A stretch of 64,000 nucleotides of DNA from Malacoraja senta (lineage: Eukaryota), in NCBI GenBank assembly GCA_038087875.1, contig CM075995.1, forward strand, positions 5,396,001 to 5,460,000, read 5' to 3'. Position numbers and translations under genes: made by a program. Below the pieces are notes generated by a model that made no database searches, was not told the DNA's origin, and worked only from the letters and a program-made list of their open reading frames with translations. Of this stretch, positions 47,853-61,534 are shown piece by piece. The stretch's first letter is position 1, and every line of letters starts with the position of its first letter.

Positions 47853-48399
47853 TCTTAACCAGCTCCCCCTCACTGTAGATTTGCTCTTACATTGCACATT
47901 CGCCAAGGTCTACAACCCAGAATAAAGATTGGTGGCTTCAGGTTCCCAGCCAAATAAACCTGCTCAATTACATTCTAGCCCTGTTGCCTCAAATTAATTT
48001 ACTGATCTAAATGAAAAGTTTCAATTACACAGTTTAACTAACGCAATACAAGGTTTTCTATTCAGTTTTTCAATGCATGAACGCACAATTCAAATAAAGC
48101 AAATTCAAATTAAATGTAGTAAAGACAGAAAAACCTCAGAAATCTTTTAATTGGAAATCAGCACCGTGAGAGAATTCTTGTAAGAAGCCCATTTTATAAG
48201 GTTTGAATCTTCCATCTGAGGATGTATAGAATTAAAATCTCATCAATAACAGTCACAACTTGCATTTGTACAGCACCTTCAATGTTGTACAAATCTCAAC
48301 ATGTTACACTGGTGTATAATTGAGCATCACACACGTCTGACAGTGGGACACAACTGGAGCTGTTAGATCTAGTAACCAAAACCTTCATCAGAGAGGTGA

Positions 48400-48703
48400 A
48401 GGTGCGGCACGGTGGCGCAGCGGTAGAGTTGTTGCTTTACAGCGCCTGAGACCTGGATTTGATCCTGACTGGATTTGGTGCTGTCTGTACGGAGTTCGCA
48501 CGACCTCCCTGTGATCCCGTGTGTTTTCTCCGGCTGCTTCGGTTTCCTCCCACACTCCAAGGACGTGCAGGTTTGCAGTCTAATTGACTTCTGTAAATTA
48601 TCCAGTGTGTAGGATAATGCTAGTGTACGGGTGATCGCTGGTCGGCGTGGACTCGATGGGCTGAAGGGCCTGTTTCCATGCTCTATCTCCAAACTAAATT
48701 AAA
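48400..48703 (+). mobile_element. tRNA-derived SINE, full length
   Basis: A/B boxes, body and tail. Confidence 0.82.
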
Positions 48704-48956
48704 CCAAGAGTTAGATTTCAAAGAATATCTTTGAGGAAATGTTGATGTTAAGAGTACAGGCTGCTGGATATTTGTCTTGTGTGATTCAAAATGGGCAATT
48801 GATTATCCAATGCGGCCCAGTGGTGCGGCTGGCAGAGTTGCTGTCTCACAGCGGCGGAGACCCGGGATCGGTCCAGACCCTGGGTGCTGCCTGTGATGAG
48901 TTTGTACGTTCTCCCTGCGACCGTGTGGGTTTCCTCTGGGTCCTCCGGTTTCCATC

Positions 48957-49706
48957 CATGGGCGGAAATCCCAGGGAGGGGGGACAGGGGGACACCCCCC
49001 ATGTTTTGAGAGGTGGGGACAATCCCCCCCATGTTTTGTAATCCGGAATTTTAAATTTGGTGGAAAAAAAACGATTACAAATCTCCGCTTTCCGCGAGAC
49101 AGTGGGGGTGGGACTGATGATCGAGGGCGCGATTGGACGAGAGAGACGTCGGTCAGCAGGCAGTGGGGGGGGGGGGGGCGGGACATGATGATTCAATGCG
49201 ATGATTGGAGGAGGGAGGTGTCGGTCAGAGGTGGAAGTAGGGGGGTGGGACTGTGGATAGAGCGCGGTGATTGGAGGAGGGAGACGTCCTGGTGGAGCAA
49301 AGATCATAGAGCGGAGCTTGAATCGGCCCGTTCGCGGGGCCTTTCATCGCCCGACGCGGCTTAAAATCGGCCGCGGGATCTTCCATCGACCTGCGGTCAA
49401 ATTGCTGCGTCGAAGCGATCGAGACTCCCGATGTTGAAGCCCCGCCCCGTGATGGAAGATCCCACGGCCGGTTTTAAGTCGCACCGGGCGATGAAAGGCC
49501 CCGCGAATGGGCCGATTGAAGCCCTACGATTCGGGGCGGACGAAGATGCTGTTGCTGGAGTTCGGAGTCGGTCACCAACCAGGTCAGCTCCCGATGTTAC
49601 CGTCCACAGGGCCCACGGCCGAAGCCTCCAAAGCCTCTCGAGCGTGCGTGTGTGGCCACCAAGGAATTGTGTCCCCCCCATGTTTTGATAGCGTTTTCCA
49701 CCCCTG
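48957..49706 (+). mobile_element. Non-autonomous hAT-like element inserted in a SINE (48820-49885)
   Basis: Imperfect TIR CATGGGCGGAAA / TTTCCACCCCTG. The host SINE resumes at cccacatcccaaagac. The TSD is only partly retained (catc). Confidence 0.72.
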
Positions 49707-50289
49707 CCCACATCCCAAAGACATGCGGATTTTCAGGTTAATTGGCCCTCTGTAAATGTCCCCATAGTGCGCAGGGAGTGGATGCAAAAGTGGGATAACA
49801 TTGTACTAATGTGAACAGATGATCGATGGTCAGTATGGACTGGGTGGGCCAAAGGGCCTGTTTCCATGCTGTATCTTTCAATCAATTTAATCAATGTGTC
49901 GAATCTAGAACCTCCTCTCTACATCTGTGTACATGAAGCTGCTTATAATAGCCTCTGGCATCTGTAACCATCTGCAAGTTACTGAACACGTAACATCTTT
50001 AATGCACTTAACAGGATGACTCAGTATGGTGGCCTCAGCTGACAGTTTAACAAAGAACACAGGCTCACTCCCATATCGTTTAAGCCTTCTCTTACCATTC
50101 AGTCTTCCTTCACTACTCTTTCTCAGTGATAATGGAGTTCAGATATCCTGAGGAAGCACAAATGTTTCTTTAAACCTAATTGCCAATTTATGACTTAAAT
50201 TACAATTAGAAAGGTGCAGTCTAGTATTATTTTAAATAATGAAGGGAACATTCTGAACTTAAATGTTCCGCTCCATCTAGGAACTTACA

Positions 50290-50585
50290 TGGTGGCAGAG
50301 TGGTGCAACTGGTAGAGCTGCTGCCCCACAGCGCCAGAGACCCAGGCTCAATCCTGGGTTCAGGTACTGTCTGTGCGAAGTTTGCACGTTCTTCCTGCAA
50401 ACGTGTGGCTTTCCTCCGGGTGCTCTGGTTTTCTCCAACTTGTAGGTTAATTGGCCTCTGTAAATTGTCCCCAGTGTGTAGGGAATGGATGCAAAAGTGA
50501 GATAACATAGAACTAGAGTAAATGGGTGATCAGTGTTTAGCGTGGACTGGATGGGCCAAAGGGCCTGCTTCCATGCTACATCTCT
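50290..50585 (+). mobile_element. tRNA-derived SINE
   Basis: SINE consensus. Confidence 0.8.
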
Positions 50586-50714
50586 GAAGACGAGATATGG
50601 AGCAGGATAGGAATTTGAGAGACAGAGAGAGACAGACAGAGAGAAAGACAAAGAGAGGTAGATGTAGAAGTATAGAGATAAGAATTTGGGAATTCTAGAG
50701 ATAGAGATAGAAAT

Positions 50715-51191
50715 ATGGTTTGGGAACAGCTCCACCCAAGACCGCAAGAAATTGCAGCGAATTGTGAACGCAGCCCAGACCATCACACAAACCAACCTCC
50801 CTTCCATTGACTTCACAGGCCAGCAGCATAATCAAAGACGAGTCACACTCTGGCCACTCCCTCTTCTCCTATCGGGCAAAAGGTATGAAAGTGTGAAAAC
50901 GCACACCTCCAGATTCAGGGACAGTTTCTTCCCAGCTGTTATCAGGTAAATGAATCATCCTACCACAACCAGGGAGCAGTGTTGAACTACTATCTACCTC
51001 TTTAGTGACCCTCGGACTTGCTTTGATTGGATTTTGCTGGCTTTATCTTGCACAAAACGTTATTCCCTTATCATGTATCTATACATTGTAAATGGCTCGA
51101 TTGTAATCATGTATCGTCTTTCTGCTGACTGGATAGCACGCAACAAAAGCTTTTCACTGTACCTCGGTACACGTGGCAATAAACTAAACTG
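50715..51191 (+). mobile_element. Rex1/Babar-type LINE 3' end
   Basis: WFGNSSTQDRKKLQRIVNAAQTIT...SGKRYESVKTHTSRFRDSFFPAVIR. Confidence 0.8.
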
Positions 51192-52189
51192 ATATAGATA
51201 GAGAGATATGAATTTGGGAGTTCTAGAGATAGCGATAGAGATCGAGAGAGAGGGGAAGAGGAGAGATATTAAAATTGAAGCACTGCTAGACTCTGGCAAA
51301 TACAGCGCTGAAGGTGAGCAGCACTTCTGTGAGACACGTTACAGATGGCAGATATTGGACGTATTTTATGTCTATAATGTTTGGTAGATGAGACTGGAGG
51401 GCAATGTTAACGCAGCAACTCCCATGACAAGTTGTAAAAGGAGCACCATATGGAACATCCCTTTCAATGCTGAATTTTCCAACTTCAAGGATACTTGGGA
51501 TTGAACAGCTAATTTTGCACTGGCTTACATGTCAATGAAACCTTCTGTTTTCATGCTCCTATTACATGCAACCACAAAAATAGCAATGGGAGCATATGCA
51601 GTGGGTTATTGCAGCAATAAAGGACACAGCGGGTCAGGCAGCATCTCTGGAGAACACAGATAGCTGACATTTCAGATTAGGACTGCTTTGCAGACTGTCT
51701 ATCTCTGCTCTTTTACACTTCAAGGGTATAGCGCTTACTCTCAGGACTTAAGTATTAACTCATTTGGCGTATGTTATTGTCTTAATGAATAGCAAAGTAT
51801 TAATTGTTTTGTTTATTGCAATAAACAACTCGGAAATAGACAACACGCGAGCATAACAGCACATGACCAGATGGAACTGGAGATGCTGGTTCGCACGGAA
51901 GATAGACACAAAATGGTGGAGTAACTCAGCGCGTCAGGCAGCATCTCTGGAGAGAAGGAATAGGTGACGTTTGGGTCGATCATCAGACTGAGAGTCAGGG
52001 GAATGGGAAACGAGCAATATGAAAAGGTACAGAACAAATCAGAGCTTGCATCGATAACTCAGGAAAGGTGGAGCCCACAATGGTCCATTGTTGGCTGGGG
52101 ATGAGGTGATAATGAAGGGATACAAGCAGTGAAATTAGGAAGAGGACTAGGGTGGGGGAGGGACGTGCACATTTCCACAGCCTCTTTTT

Positions 52190-52472
52190 AGTTTAGTTTT
52201 GTTTAGCGATACAGCTCGGAAACAGGCCCCTCGGCCCACCGAGTCCGCGCCGACCAGCGATCCCCGCACAATTTACATCTATACCAAGCCAATTACCCTA
52301 CAAACCTGTAGGTCTTTAGTGTGGGAGAAAACCAGAGATCCTGGAGAAAACTCATGCAGATCACGGGGAGAGTGTATAAACTCCGTACAGACAAGCACCC
52401 GTAGTCAGGATCAAACCCATGTCCCTGGCGCTGTAAGGCAGCAAGTCTGCCGCTGCGCTGCCGTGCCGCCCC
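52190..52472 (-). mobile_element. tRNA-derived SINE. Further copies at ~1855-2080, 7590-7775, 26890-27062, 43085-43290, 53655-53953, 55785-56095, 56405-56680, 56940-57170 and 57175-57465
   Basis: Shared consensus with A/B boxes and a CR1-like tail. Confidence 0.82.
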
Positions 52473-52784
52473 TAAGTGTAGATCCTTCAAATCAAGTTAT
52501 CCTCGATGTGGAAATAATGCAATGTGAAGAGAATTGGCAAATCATTGCGCAACTCTGGATGATATTCAGATCTGCAGTTTTAAGCAGCTGTCTAACGTGC
52601 TTGATTACACATTGCTTATCATCTTAAGGTGATTTCCACACGGGGGCCAACTGGGATTAAAAAAAACATGCTCAATAGCTTGAGGATGCCACGGTCAATG
52701 CCAGCTGGGTACATTACCAGCAACCTCTCCTTCAGAAAACAGCCGCTTCTATTTTCACTCTAGAGCACAAAATTTATACGGACT

Positions 52785-52892
52785 TAGGGAATGCCGTACT
52801 GTCAGAAGTGCCAGCTTTCAGATGATGTGCTGATCCAAAAATTGCACGCCAGGTTATCAAAGAGGAGCTGTTGTTGGTGTCCGAGCTAATAC
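52785..52892 (+). mobile_element. Ancient DeuSINE-like (Deu domain) remnant
   Basis: gggaatgccgtactgtcagaagtgccagctttcagatga resembles the Deu-domain consensus as recalled. Confidence 0.5.
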
Positions 52893-54799
52893 AGACCACT
52901 CGCGTTTTACACGTGTTTGGTTTATGTTTTTGAAATAATGCGCTTGGTTAATTAATACCAAAACCTAATTTACGCACTGTACTTTTGAAATAACATGCTC
53001 ACATTTATGCCTGTTTAAATGTGTTTGTTTAATTTAAGCGTTCAATGGACCATTCTGGGCTCCACCTTGCCTTGATCATCGTTGCTGGCTTTGATCTGAC
53101 CTTTTGCATATCTTACATTCATTTGTTCCATGTACCTTTCCACATCTCTCGGTTCCCTCTCCCCTGACTCTCAGTCTTAAGAAGGGCCTCGACCCGAAAC
53201 ATCACCCATTCCTTTTCTCCAGAGATGCTGGGTGACCCACTGAGTTACTCCAGCTTTTTGTGTCTATCTTTGTTGAATTACATGCTGCTGTACACTAAAG
53301 TAACCCCCGCTTAAAACACGAAGTGCCTGTATTAGCCACTCGTCCATCCATTACCTGATCACGACCAAAACTGCTGTTAGTGTGTCCCTTGCTGTGCACA
53401 CAATTTCTGTTGCATTTCCCACGTTACAACCGGGACTAACTTCACGAGTACTCCTCTGAGGTATTTTGTGGAAGCCTCCAAGTTGAATATATTGAACTGA
53501 ACTGTTCTGTATTTTTGTTTACAATACTCTGTTGTGCTGCAGCAAGCAAGAATTTCATTGTCCTATCTGGGACACATGACAATAAACTCTCTTGACTCTT
53601 GACTTGAAGTCAGATCAGATATTATACATTGTTTTTATACAGCATTATCTGATCTTTAGTTTAGTTTAGAGATACAGTGCGGAAACAGGCCCTTCCATCC
53701 ACCGTGTCCACGCCGACCAGCGATCTCCATATGCTAACGGTATCCTACACACACTAGGTACAATTTACAATCTTTACTGAAGCCAATAAACCTACAAACC
53801 TGCATGTTTTTGGAGTGTAGCCGGAAGCCGGAGCACCCGGAGGAAAAGCCATGCAGGAACGCACAAACTCCATACAGAGAGCACCCATAGTCAGGATCGA
53901 ACCTGGGTCTCTGGCGCCGTAAGGCAACAACTCTACTGTGCCACTGTGCCGCCCCTAGTAGCATGGATAACATGCAAAACAAAGCTTCTCAGTGCAAAGC
54001 TATTGACTCACGTCAATAATAAACCTAAACCTAAACCTGGTGTTACTGAGCCTTGTCTTCAGTCACAGCCACAGCAGTCGGCGTGAATCAGCCGCTTTGG
54101 CCACCACTTGCAACTGGAGTGGGGGAGGGGAATCCCATACAGTTGACATTTTGCTATTCTGCCAATTTAAGCAGGACGGCAGTAAACTGTCAGGTCTTTT
54201 GACAATAGACACAAAATGCTGCAGTAACTCAGCGGGTAGGCAGCATCTCTGGAGAGAAGAAATGGGTGATGTTTCGGGTCGAGACCCTTCTCCAGACTGA
54301 TGTCAGGGGAGAGGGAGATAAATAGATGAGGAAGTGGAAGGTGTGGAAATAAGGCAAAGGGAATGGAGATCAAGGAAAATGTAGAATAGATCATTGTTAG
54401 CTGGGAGAAAATAACAACAAAGCAAACAGAGATATTGACAACGTCTACACAATATCATTGCAGAGATGGAGTTTGATCTAATTTGAAAGCAAAATCTGAA
54501 CTGTGATTGTTAAGAGACAGGAAATCATGCTTATAATGGGTGCTGCAGGCAGTGAATGTTCGGGCTACCTGACGTTTGTTAATCTATAACTCAAATTGTA
54601 CATTGCTTACATTTTTAATGCTAACACATCCCTCATTACTAATTTAATCCTGCTGATATATTTCTACATTCAAGCACCATCCGCTACTAAGTGCATCATA
54701 AAGCTTTTGATGTGTGAGCACAATTGGACATTACAGCTTTATGTCTGCACTAAATAGCCAGATGAGGAAAGGCAGGGGCAGATGGAGAAAGGTAGGCAC

Positions 54800-55345
<546 letters not shown>

Positions 55346-58336
55346 AGGGAGTGGAGAGATTTGTCGTGATCAGAAATGGGAACCTGGCTGCCCCCCCCCC
55401 CCCCCCCTCCCTCTCCATCTCCATCAAACATGAGCGGTTGTCACTCTTCAATCCATGAACTAATTGGAATACCCCTCACAGCAGAAGCCGGAGTCTCCAC
55501 AAGCCAGCTGCTCACTGCTTTCTATCAGCTTAGCCATTAGGGAAAGGGAGCAGTGAGCTGCAGATGTAACAGGCTCTTTATAACCTGTTACTAAATGATT
55601 AATCTTGTGATGAGGCAAAATCAAACCCAAATATTTCATGCTCTAGCCAAAAACAGGACTGAATTAATAATTGACCCAGCACTTTATGAAATATACCAAA
55701 CATAAACATACAGCACAAATCTTAATTAGTTTCACACAATTTTGCTGGCCGGATCGAACACAAAATGGGTAATAATGGCTTTCAGTTTTAGTTTAGTTTC
55801 GAGATACAGCGCAGAAACAGGCCCTTTGGCCAACTGAGTCTGCGCCAACCAGCGATCCCTGCACACTAACACTATCCTACATACTAGGGACAATTTACAA
55901 CTTTTACCAAAGCCAATTTATCCTACAAACAAAAACATCTTTGGAGTGTGGGATGAAACCGGGGTACCCGGAGAAAACCTATGCGATCACAGGGAGAACG
56001 TACTAACGACATACAGACAGCACCCACAATCAGGATCGAACCCGGGTCTCTGGCGCTGTGAGGCAGCAACTCTACCACTGAGCCACCATGCTACCCAATT
56101 TGTTAGCATCCAACATGGGTGATAACTTGTAACCACTGATGACACTTCTACAATGATGATTTCAAAGTTCCGTAAATACATCTTTTACAATCTCTCATGA
56201 CTTCTAGATTTCTTGTGCCTAGTTCCAGAGTTTAAATATAAACGAATGAGAAGCTGAAAGAGCAACATTTACCAAGCACCATACAGATTAATATACTGCA
56301 CCACGAAGGGTAAAATCCAAGCTCACAAACATAACCCAACCAAAGTGATTAAGATCTCCTAACGGTATTCTAAACCACTCAACGGAAGTGATCAACATTA
56401 TCTGCCCAGTAGTTGCCATACAACGCCAGAGACCCTGGCTCAATCCTGACTACATGTGCTGTCTGTACGGAGTTTGTATGTTCACCCTGTGACCGCGTGG
56501 GTCTTCTCCGGCTGCTCCTCCCACACTCCAAAGACGTACAGGTTTGTCGGTTAATTGGCATCGGTAAAGTTGTAAGTTCTCTATTGTGTAGGATAGTGCT
56601 CATGTACGGAGTGATCACTGGACGGCATGGACTCAGTGGGCCGAAGGGCCTCTTTCCGCTCTGTATCTCTAAAGCCTAAAGTGACCAGCACGCTGACTAA
56701 CCCCCAAACTCCAGAATGCAGTGGCGACTGAACTGAGAGCAGACTGACTAACATCACCCACAAAGTGATCAATAAACTGACCAACAAAATTCCAACATAA
56801 GCCAAATAACTAGTAAGCTGACTGACCATGCTCAACCAAACTCAGCTGATCCTATTACCCTATTGATTAGTACAGGTGTCAGGGGTTATGGGGAGAAAGC
56901 AGGCGAATGGGGTTAGGAGGGAGAGGTAGATCAGCCATGGTCTGATCACCCATTCACACTAGATCTATGTTAGACACACTTTCTCATCCACTCCATATAC
57001 ATCAGGGACAATTTATAGTGGCCAATTAACTTACAAACCCTCACTTCTTTGGGATGTGGGAGGAAACGGGAGCACCCGGAGAAACCCATGTGGACACTGG
57101 GAGTATGTGCAAACTCCACACAGATGACACCCGAGGTCAGGATCGAACCCAGGTCTCTGATGTTGTATAGGGCTATAGAGATACAGCGCGGAAATAGGTC
57201 CTTTGCCCCACCGAGTCCACACCGACCAGTGATCCCACTGCACTAACACTATCCGACACACACTAGGGACAATTTACAATTTTACTGAAGCCAATTAGCC
57301 TACAAACACGTACATCTTTGGAGTATGGGAGGAAACCAGAGCTCCTGGACAAAAGTCACGAGGAGAACGTACAAACTCCGTACAGAGAGCACCTGTAGTC
57401 AGATCAAACCCGGGTCTCTGGTGGTGTAAGGCAGCAACTCTACCGCTGTACCACCGTGCAGCCCTTTAACAAATTAGAGAAGAATGCTGATTGATCATAA
57501 CTTTGAAAGTCATTGCGTCACGGTGTCACAGACGGTGTCAAGTCATTCGGTATTTCTGAAATGGAGATTGATATGTTCTTGATTAATAAGGGTGCCAAAG
57601 GTTACAGGGAAAAGGCAGAAAATGAGGTTGAGAGGGAAAAATAGACCAGCCATGATCGAATGGTGGAGCAGACTCGATGGGCTAATTCTGCTCCTATGTC
57701 TTATGGTCTCATCTCATCCAATTAGATCTCTGAAACCCTTCAGCTCTGTAACCCTGCAAGATGAAAGTGTTTCACTTCTATCCTCTCGAGCATCCCTGAG
57801 GTTACATCTTCCACCACTGGCTTGGCCGCCTTCAGCTGCCTAGGCCCTAAACGTTAAAATTCACAGCCTCAAATGTTCCTGGAAATTTAGCACCACTTTG
57901 CACATTGGAATGCACAGATTGCTTTGTGTAATCAGCATATGATAACTCAGTCTTTCCAACCCCAGCCAGGAGCTGTTGGCAGCCGATGATTTTAACATTT
58001 CTGTGGAGCTATCTTCTCTACAACAAGACTCAGAATAGAGCTTAAATTCTCAAGAGCAATTACTTGTTGGTTTCTGGCCTTTGGCAGATGAACATCAGAA
58101 AGGAAAGATATAACAACTCCTTGCAATGCCCATGAAAGAAAGATTTTTTCCCCTTTGTTACATTCTTTGTTCAAACATCGCAGAGGCATGAATTCTCAGA
58201 TTGAAAGCAATTTCAATTCCTCTGAAGAAGTGTGAAGAAGGGCTGTGGAAATGGACGTGGCTCTTCAAACTCTCCTTTAATTGCATTTCTAAGTATTCTC
58301 TCCGTTGTATTAATGCAATGATTCATTTTCTTATGT

Positions 58337-58640
58337 GTAGGAAGGAACCGCAGATGTCGGTTCACACCGAAGATAAGGCACAAAATGCTGGAGTAACTCA
58401 GCGGGTCAGGCAGCATATCTGGAGAAACGGAATAGGTGACGTTTCGAATTGAGTGCCTTCTTCAGACTGAGTGTCAAGGGAGAGGGAAAGTAGAGGTGTG
58501 AAAATGTACAGAACAAATCGGAGCCGGCACCGATGGCCAAGGAAAGGTGGAGCCCACAAAGGTCCATTGTTGGTTGTTGTGGGCTCCACCTTTCTTTGGC
58601 CATCAGTGGTGGTTCTGTTTGTTCTGTACCTTTTCATACC
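58337..58640. mobile_element. PLE terminal-repeat fragment with a short inversion. Similar solo fragments at ~8494-8590, 29870-29990, 37985-38100, 42469-42605, 46462-46556, 51870-52165, 53040-53270 and 54205-54435
   Basis: Shared acacaaaatgctggagtaactcagcgggtcaggcagcatc motif. Confidence 0.75.
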
Positions 58641-58675
58641 CCCTATTCCTTTTCTTAGTCAGGCCCCAGCTTTTA

Positions 58676-60023
58676 ATAGACAATAGACAATAAATAATAG
58701 GTGCAGGAGTAGGCCATTCGGCCCTTCGAGCCATCACCGCCATTCAATGTGATCATGGCTGATCATCCCCAATCAGTACCCCGTTCCTGCCTTCTCCCCA
58801 TATCCCCTGACTCCGCTATTTTTAAGAGCCGTATCTAGCTCTCTCTTGAAAGCATCCAGAGAATCTGCCTCCACTGCCCTCTGAGGCAGAGAATTCCACA
58901 GACTCACCACTCTATGTGAGAAAAAGTGTTTCCTCGTCTCCGTTCTAAATGGCTTACTCCTTATTCTTAAACTGTGGCCCCTGGTTCTGGACTCCCCCAA
59001 CATCGGGAATATGTTTCCTGCCTCTGGCATGTCCAAACCCTTAACAATCTTATACATTTCAATGAGATCCTCTCTCATCCTTCTAAACTCCAGAGTGTAC
59101 AAGCTCAGCTGCTCCATTCTCTCAGCATATGACATTCCCGCCATCCCAGGAATTAACCTTGTAAACCTACGCTGCACTCCCTCAATAGCAAGAATGTCCT
59201 TCCTCAAATTAGGGGACCAAAACTGCACACAATACTCCAGGTGTGGTCTCACTAGGGCTCTGTACAACTGCAGAAGGACCTCTTTGCTCCTATATTCGAT
59301 TCCTCTTGTTATAAAGGCCAACATGCCATTCGCTTTCTTCACTGCCTGCTGTACCTGCATCCTTACTTTCATAGACTAATGAACAAGGACCCCCAGATCC
59401 CGTTGTACATCCCCTTTTTCCAACTTCACGCCATTTAGATAGTAATCTGCCTTCCAGTTTTTGCTACCAAAGTGGATAACCTCACATTTATCCGCATTAA
59501 ACTTGATCTGCCATGCATCTGCCCACTCCCCCAACCTGTCCAAGTCACCCTGCATTCTCATAGCATCCTCCTCACAGTTCACACTGCCACCCAGCTTTGT
59601 GTCATCTGCAAATTTGCTAATGTTACTTTGAATCCCTTCATCCAAATCATTGATGTATATTGTAAATAGCTGCGGTCCCAGCACCGAGCCTTGCGGTACC
59701 CCACTAGTCACTGCCTGCCATTCTGAAAGGGACCCGTTAATCCCTACCTGTTTGTTTCCTGTCTGCCAACCACTTCTCTGTCCATGTCAGCACTCTACCC
59801 CCAATACCATGTGCCCTAATTTTGCCCACTAATCTCCTATGTGGGACCTTATCAAATGCTTTCTGAAAGTCCAGGTACACTAAATCCACTGGCTCTCCCT
59901 TGCCCATTTTCCAAGTTACATCTTCAAAAAATTCCAGACGATTAGTCAAGCATGATTTCCCCTTCGTAAATCCATGCTGACTCGGACCGATCCTGTTACT
60001 GCTATCCAAATGTTCGGCTTTCT
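58676..60023 (-). mobile_element. CR1 LINE RT-to-3' end, disrupted
   Basis: SQHGFTKGKSCLTN, GVPQGSVLGP and KFADDTK motifs. (ctattgt)n tail. Confidence 0.92.
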
Positions 60024-61530
60024 CATAGAAACATAGAAAATAGGTGCAGGAGTAGGCCATTCAGCCCTTCGAGCTGCACCGCCATTCAATATGATCATGG
60101 CTGATCATCCAACTCAGTATCCTGTACCTACCTTCGCTCCATACCCCCTGATCCCTTTAGCCACAAGGGCCACATCTAACTCCCTCTTAAATATAGCCAA
60201 TGAACTGGCCTCAACTACCTTCTGTGGAAGAGAATTCCAGAGATTCACCACTCTCTGTGTGAAAAATGTTTTTCTCATCTCGGTCCTAAAGGATTTCCCC
60301 TTTATCCTTAAACTGTGACCCCTTGTCCTGGACTTCCCCAACATCGGGAACAATCTTCCTGCATCTAGCCTGTCCAACCCCTTAAGAATGTTGTAAGTTT
60401 CTATAAGATCCCCCCTCAATCTTCTAAATTCTAGTGAGTACAAGCCGAGTCTATCCAGTCTTTCTTCATATGAAAGTCCTGACATCCCAGGAATCAGTCT
60501 GGTGAACCTTCTCTGTACTCCCTCTATGGCAAGAATGTCTTTCCTCAGATTTGGAGACCAAAACTGTACGCAATACTCCAGGTGTGGTCTCACCAAGACC
60601 CTGTACAACTGCAGTAGAACCTCCCTGCTCTTATACTCAAATCCTTTTGCTATGAATGCTAACATACCATTCGCTTTCTTCACTGCCTGCTGCACCTGCA
60701 TGCCTACTTTCAATGACTGGTGTACCATGACACCCAGGTCTCGTTGCATCTCCCCTTTTCCTAATCGGCCACCATTTAGATAATAGTCTACTTTCCTGTT
60801 TTTCCCACCAAAGTGGATAACCTCACATTTATCCACATTATACTGCATCTGCCATGCATTTGCCCAATCACCCAGCCTATCCAAGTCACCTTGCAGCCTC
60901 CTAGCATCCTCCTCACAGCTAACACTGCCCCCCAGCTTCGTGTCATCCGCAAACTTGGAGATGTTGCATTCAATTCCCTCGTCCAAATCATTAATATATA
61001 TTGTAAATAGCTGGGGTCCCAGCACTGAGCCTTGCGGTACCCCACTAGTCACTGCCTGCCATTCTGAAAAGGACCCGTTTACTCCTACTCTTTGCTTCCT
61101 GTTTGCCAGCCAGTTCTCTACCCACATCAATACTGAACCCCCAATACCGTGTGCTTTAAGTTTGTATACTAATCTCTTATGTGGGACCTTGTCGAAAGCC
61201 TTCTGAAAGTCCAGATATAACACATCCACTGGTTCTCCCTTATCCACTCTACTAGTTACATCCTCGAAAAAATTCTATAAGATTCGTCAGACATGATTTA
61301 CCTTTCGTAAATCCATGCTGACTTTGTCCAATGATTTCACCACTTTCCAAATGTGCTGCTATCCCATCTTTAATAACTGACGCTAGCAGTTTCCCCACTA
61401 CCGATGTTAGACTAACTGGTCTGTAATTCCCCGTTTTATCTCTCCCTCCCTTTTTAAAAAGGTGGGTTACATTAGCTACGCTCCAATCCTCAGGAACTAC
61501 TCCAGAATCTAAGGAGTTTTGAAAAATTAG
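60024..61530 (-). mobile_element. Young CR1 LINE, 377-codon open RT segment plus upstream frameshifted part
   Basis: ORFs 60114..61247 and 61252..61563 carry the full set of CR1 RT motifs. Confidence 0.93.
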
Positions 61531-61534
61531 TTTT

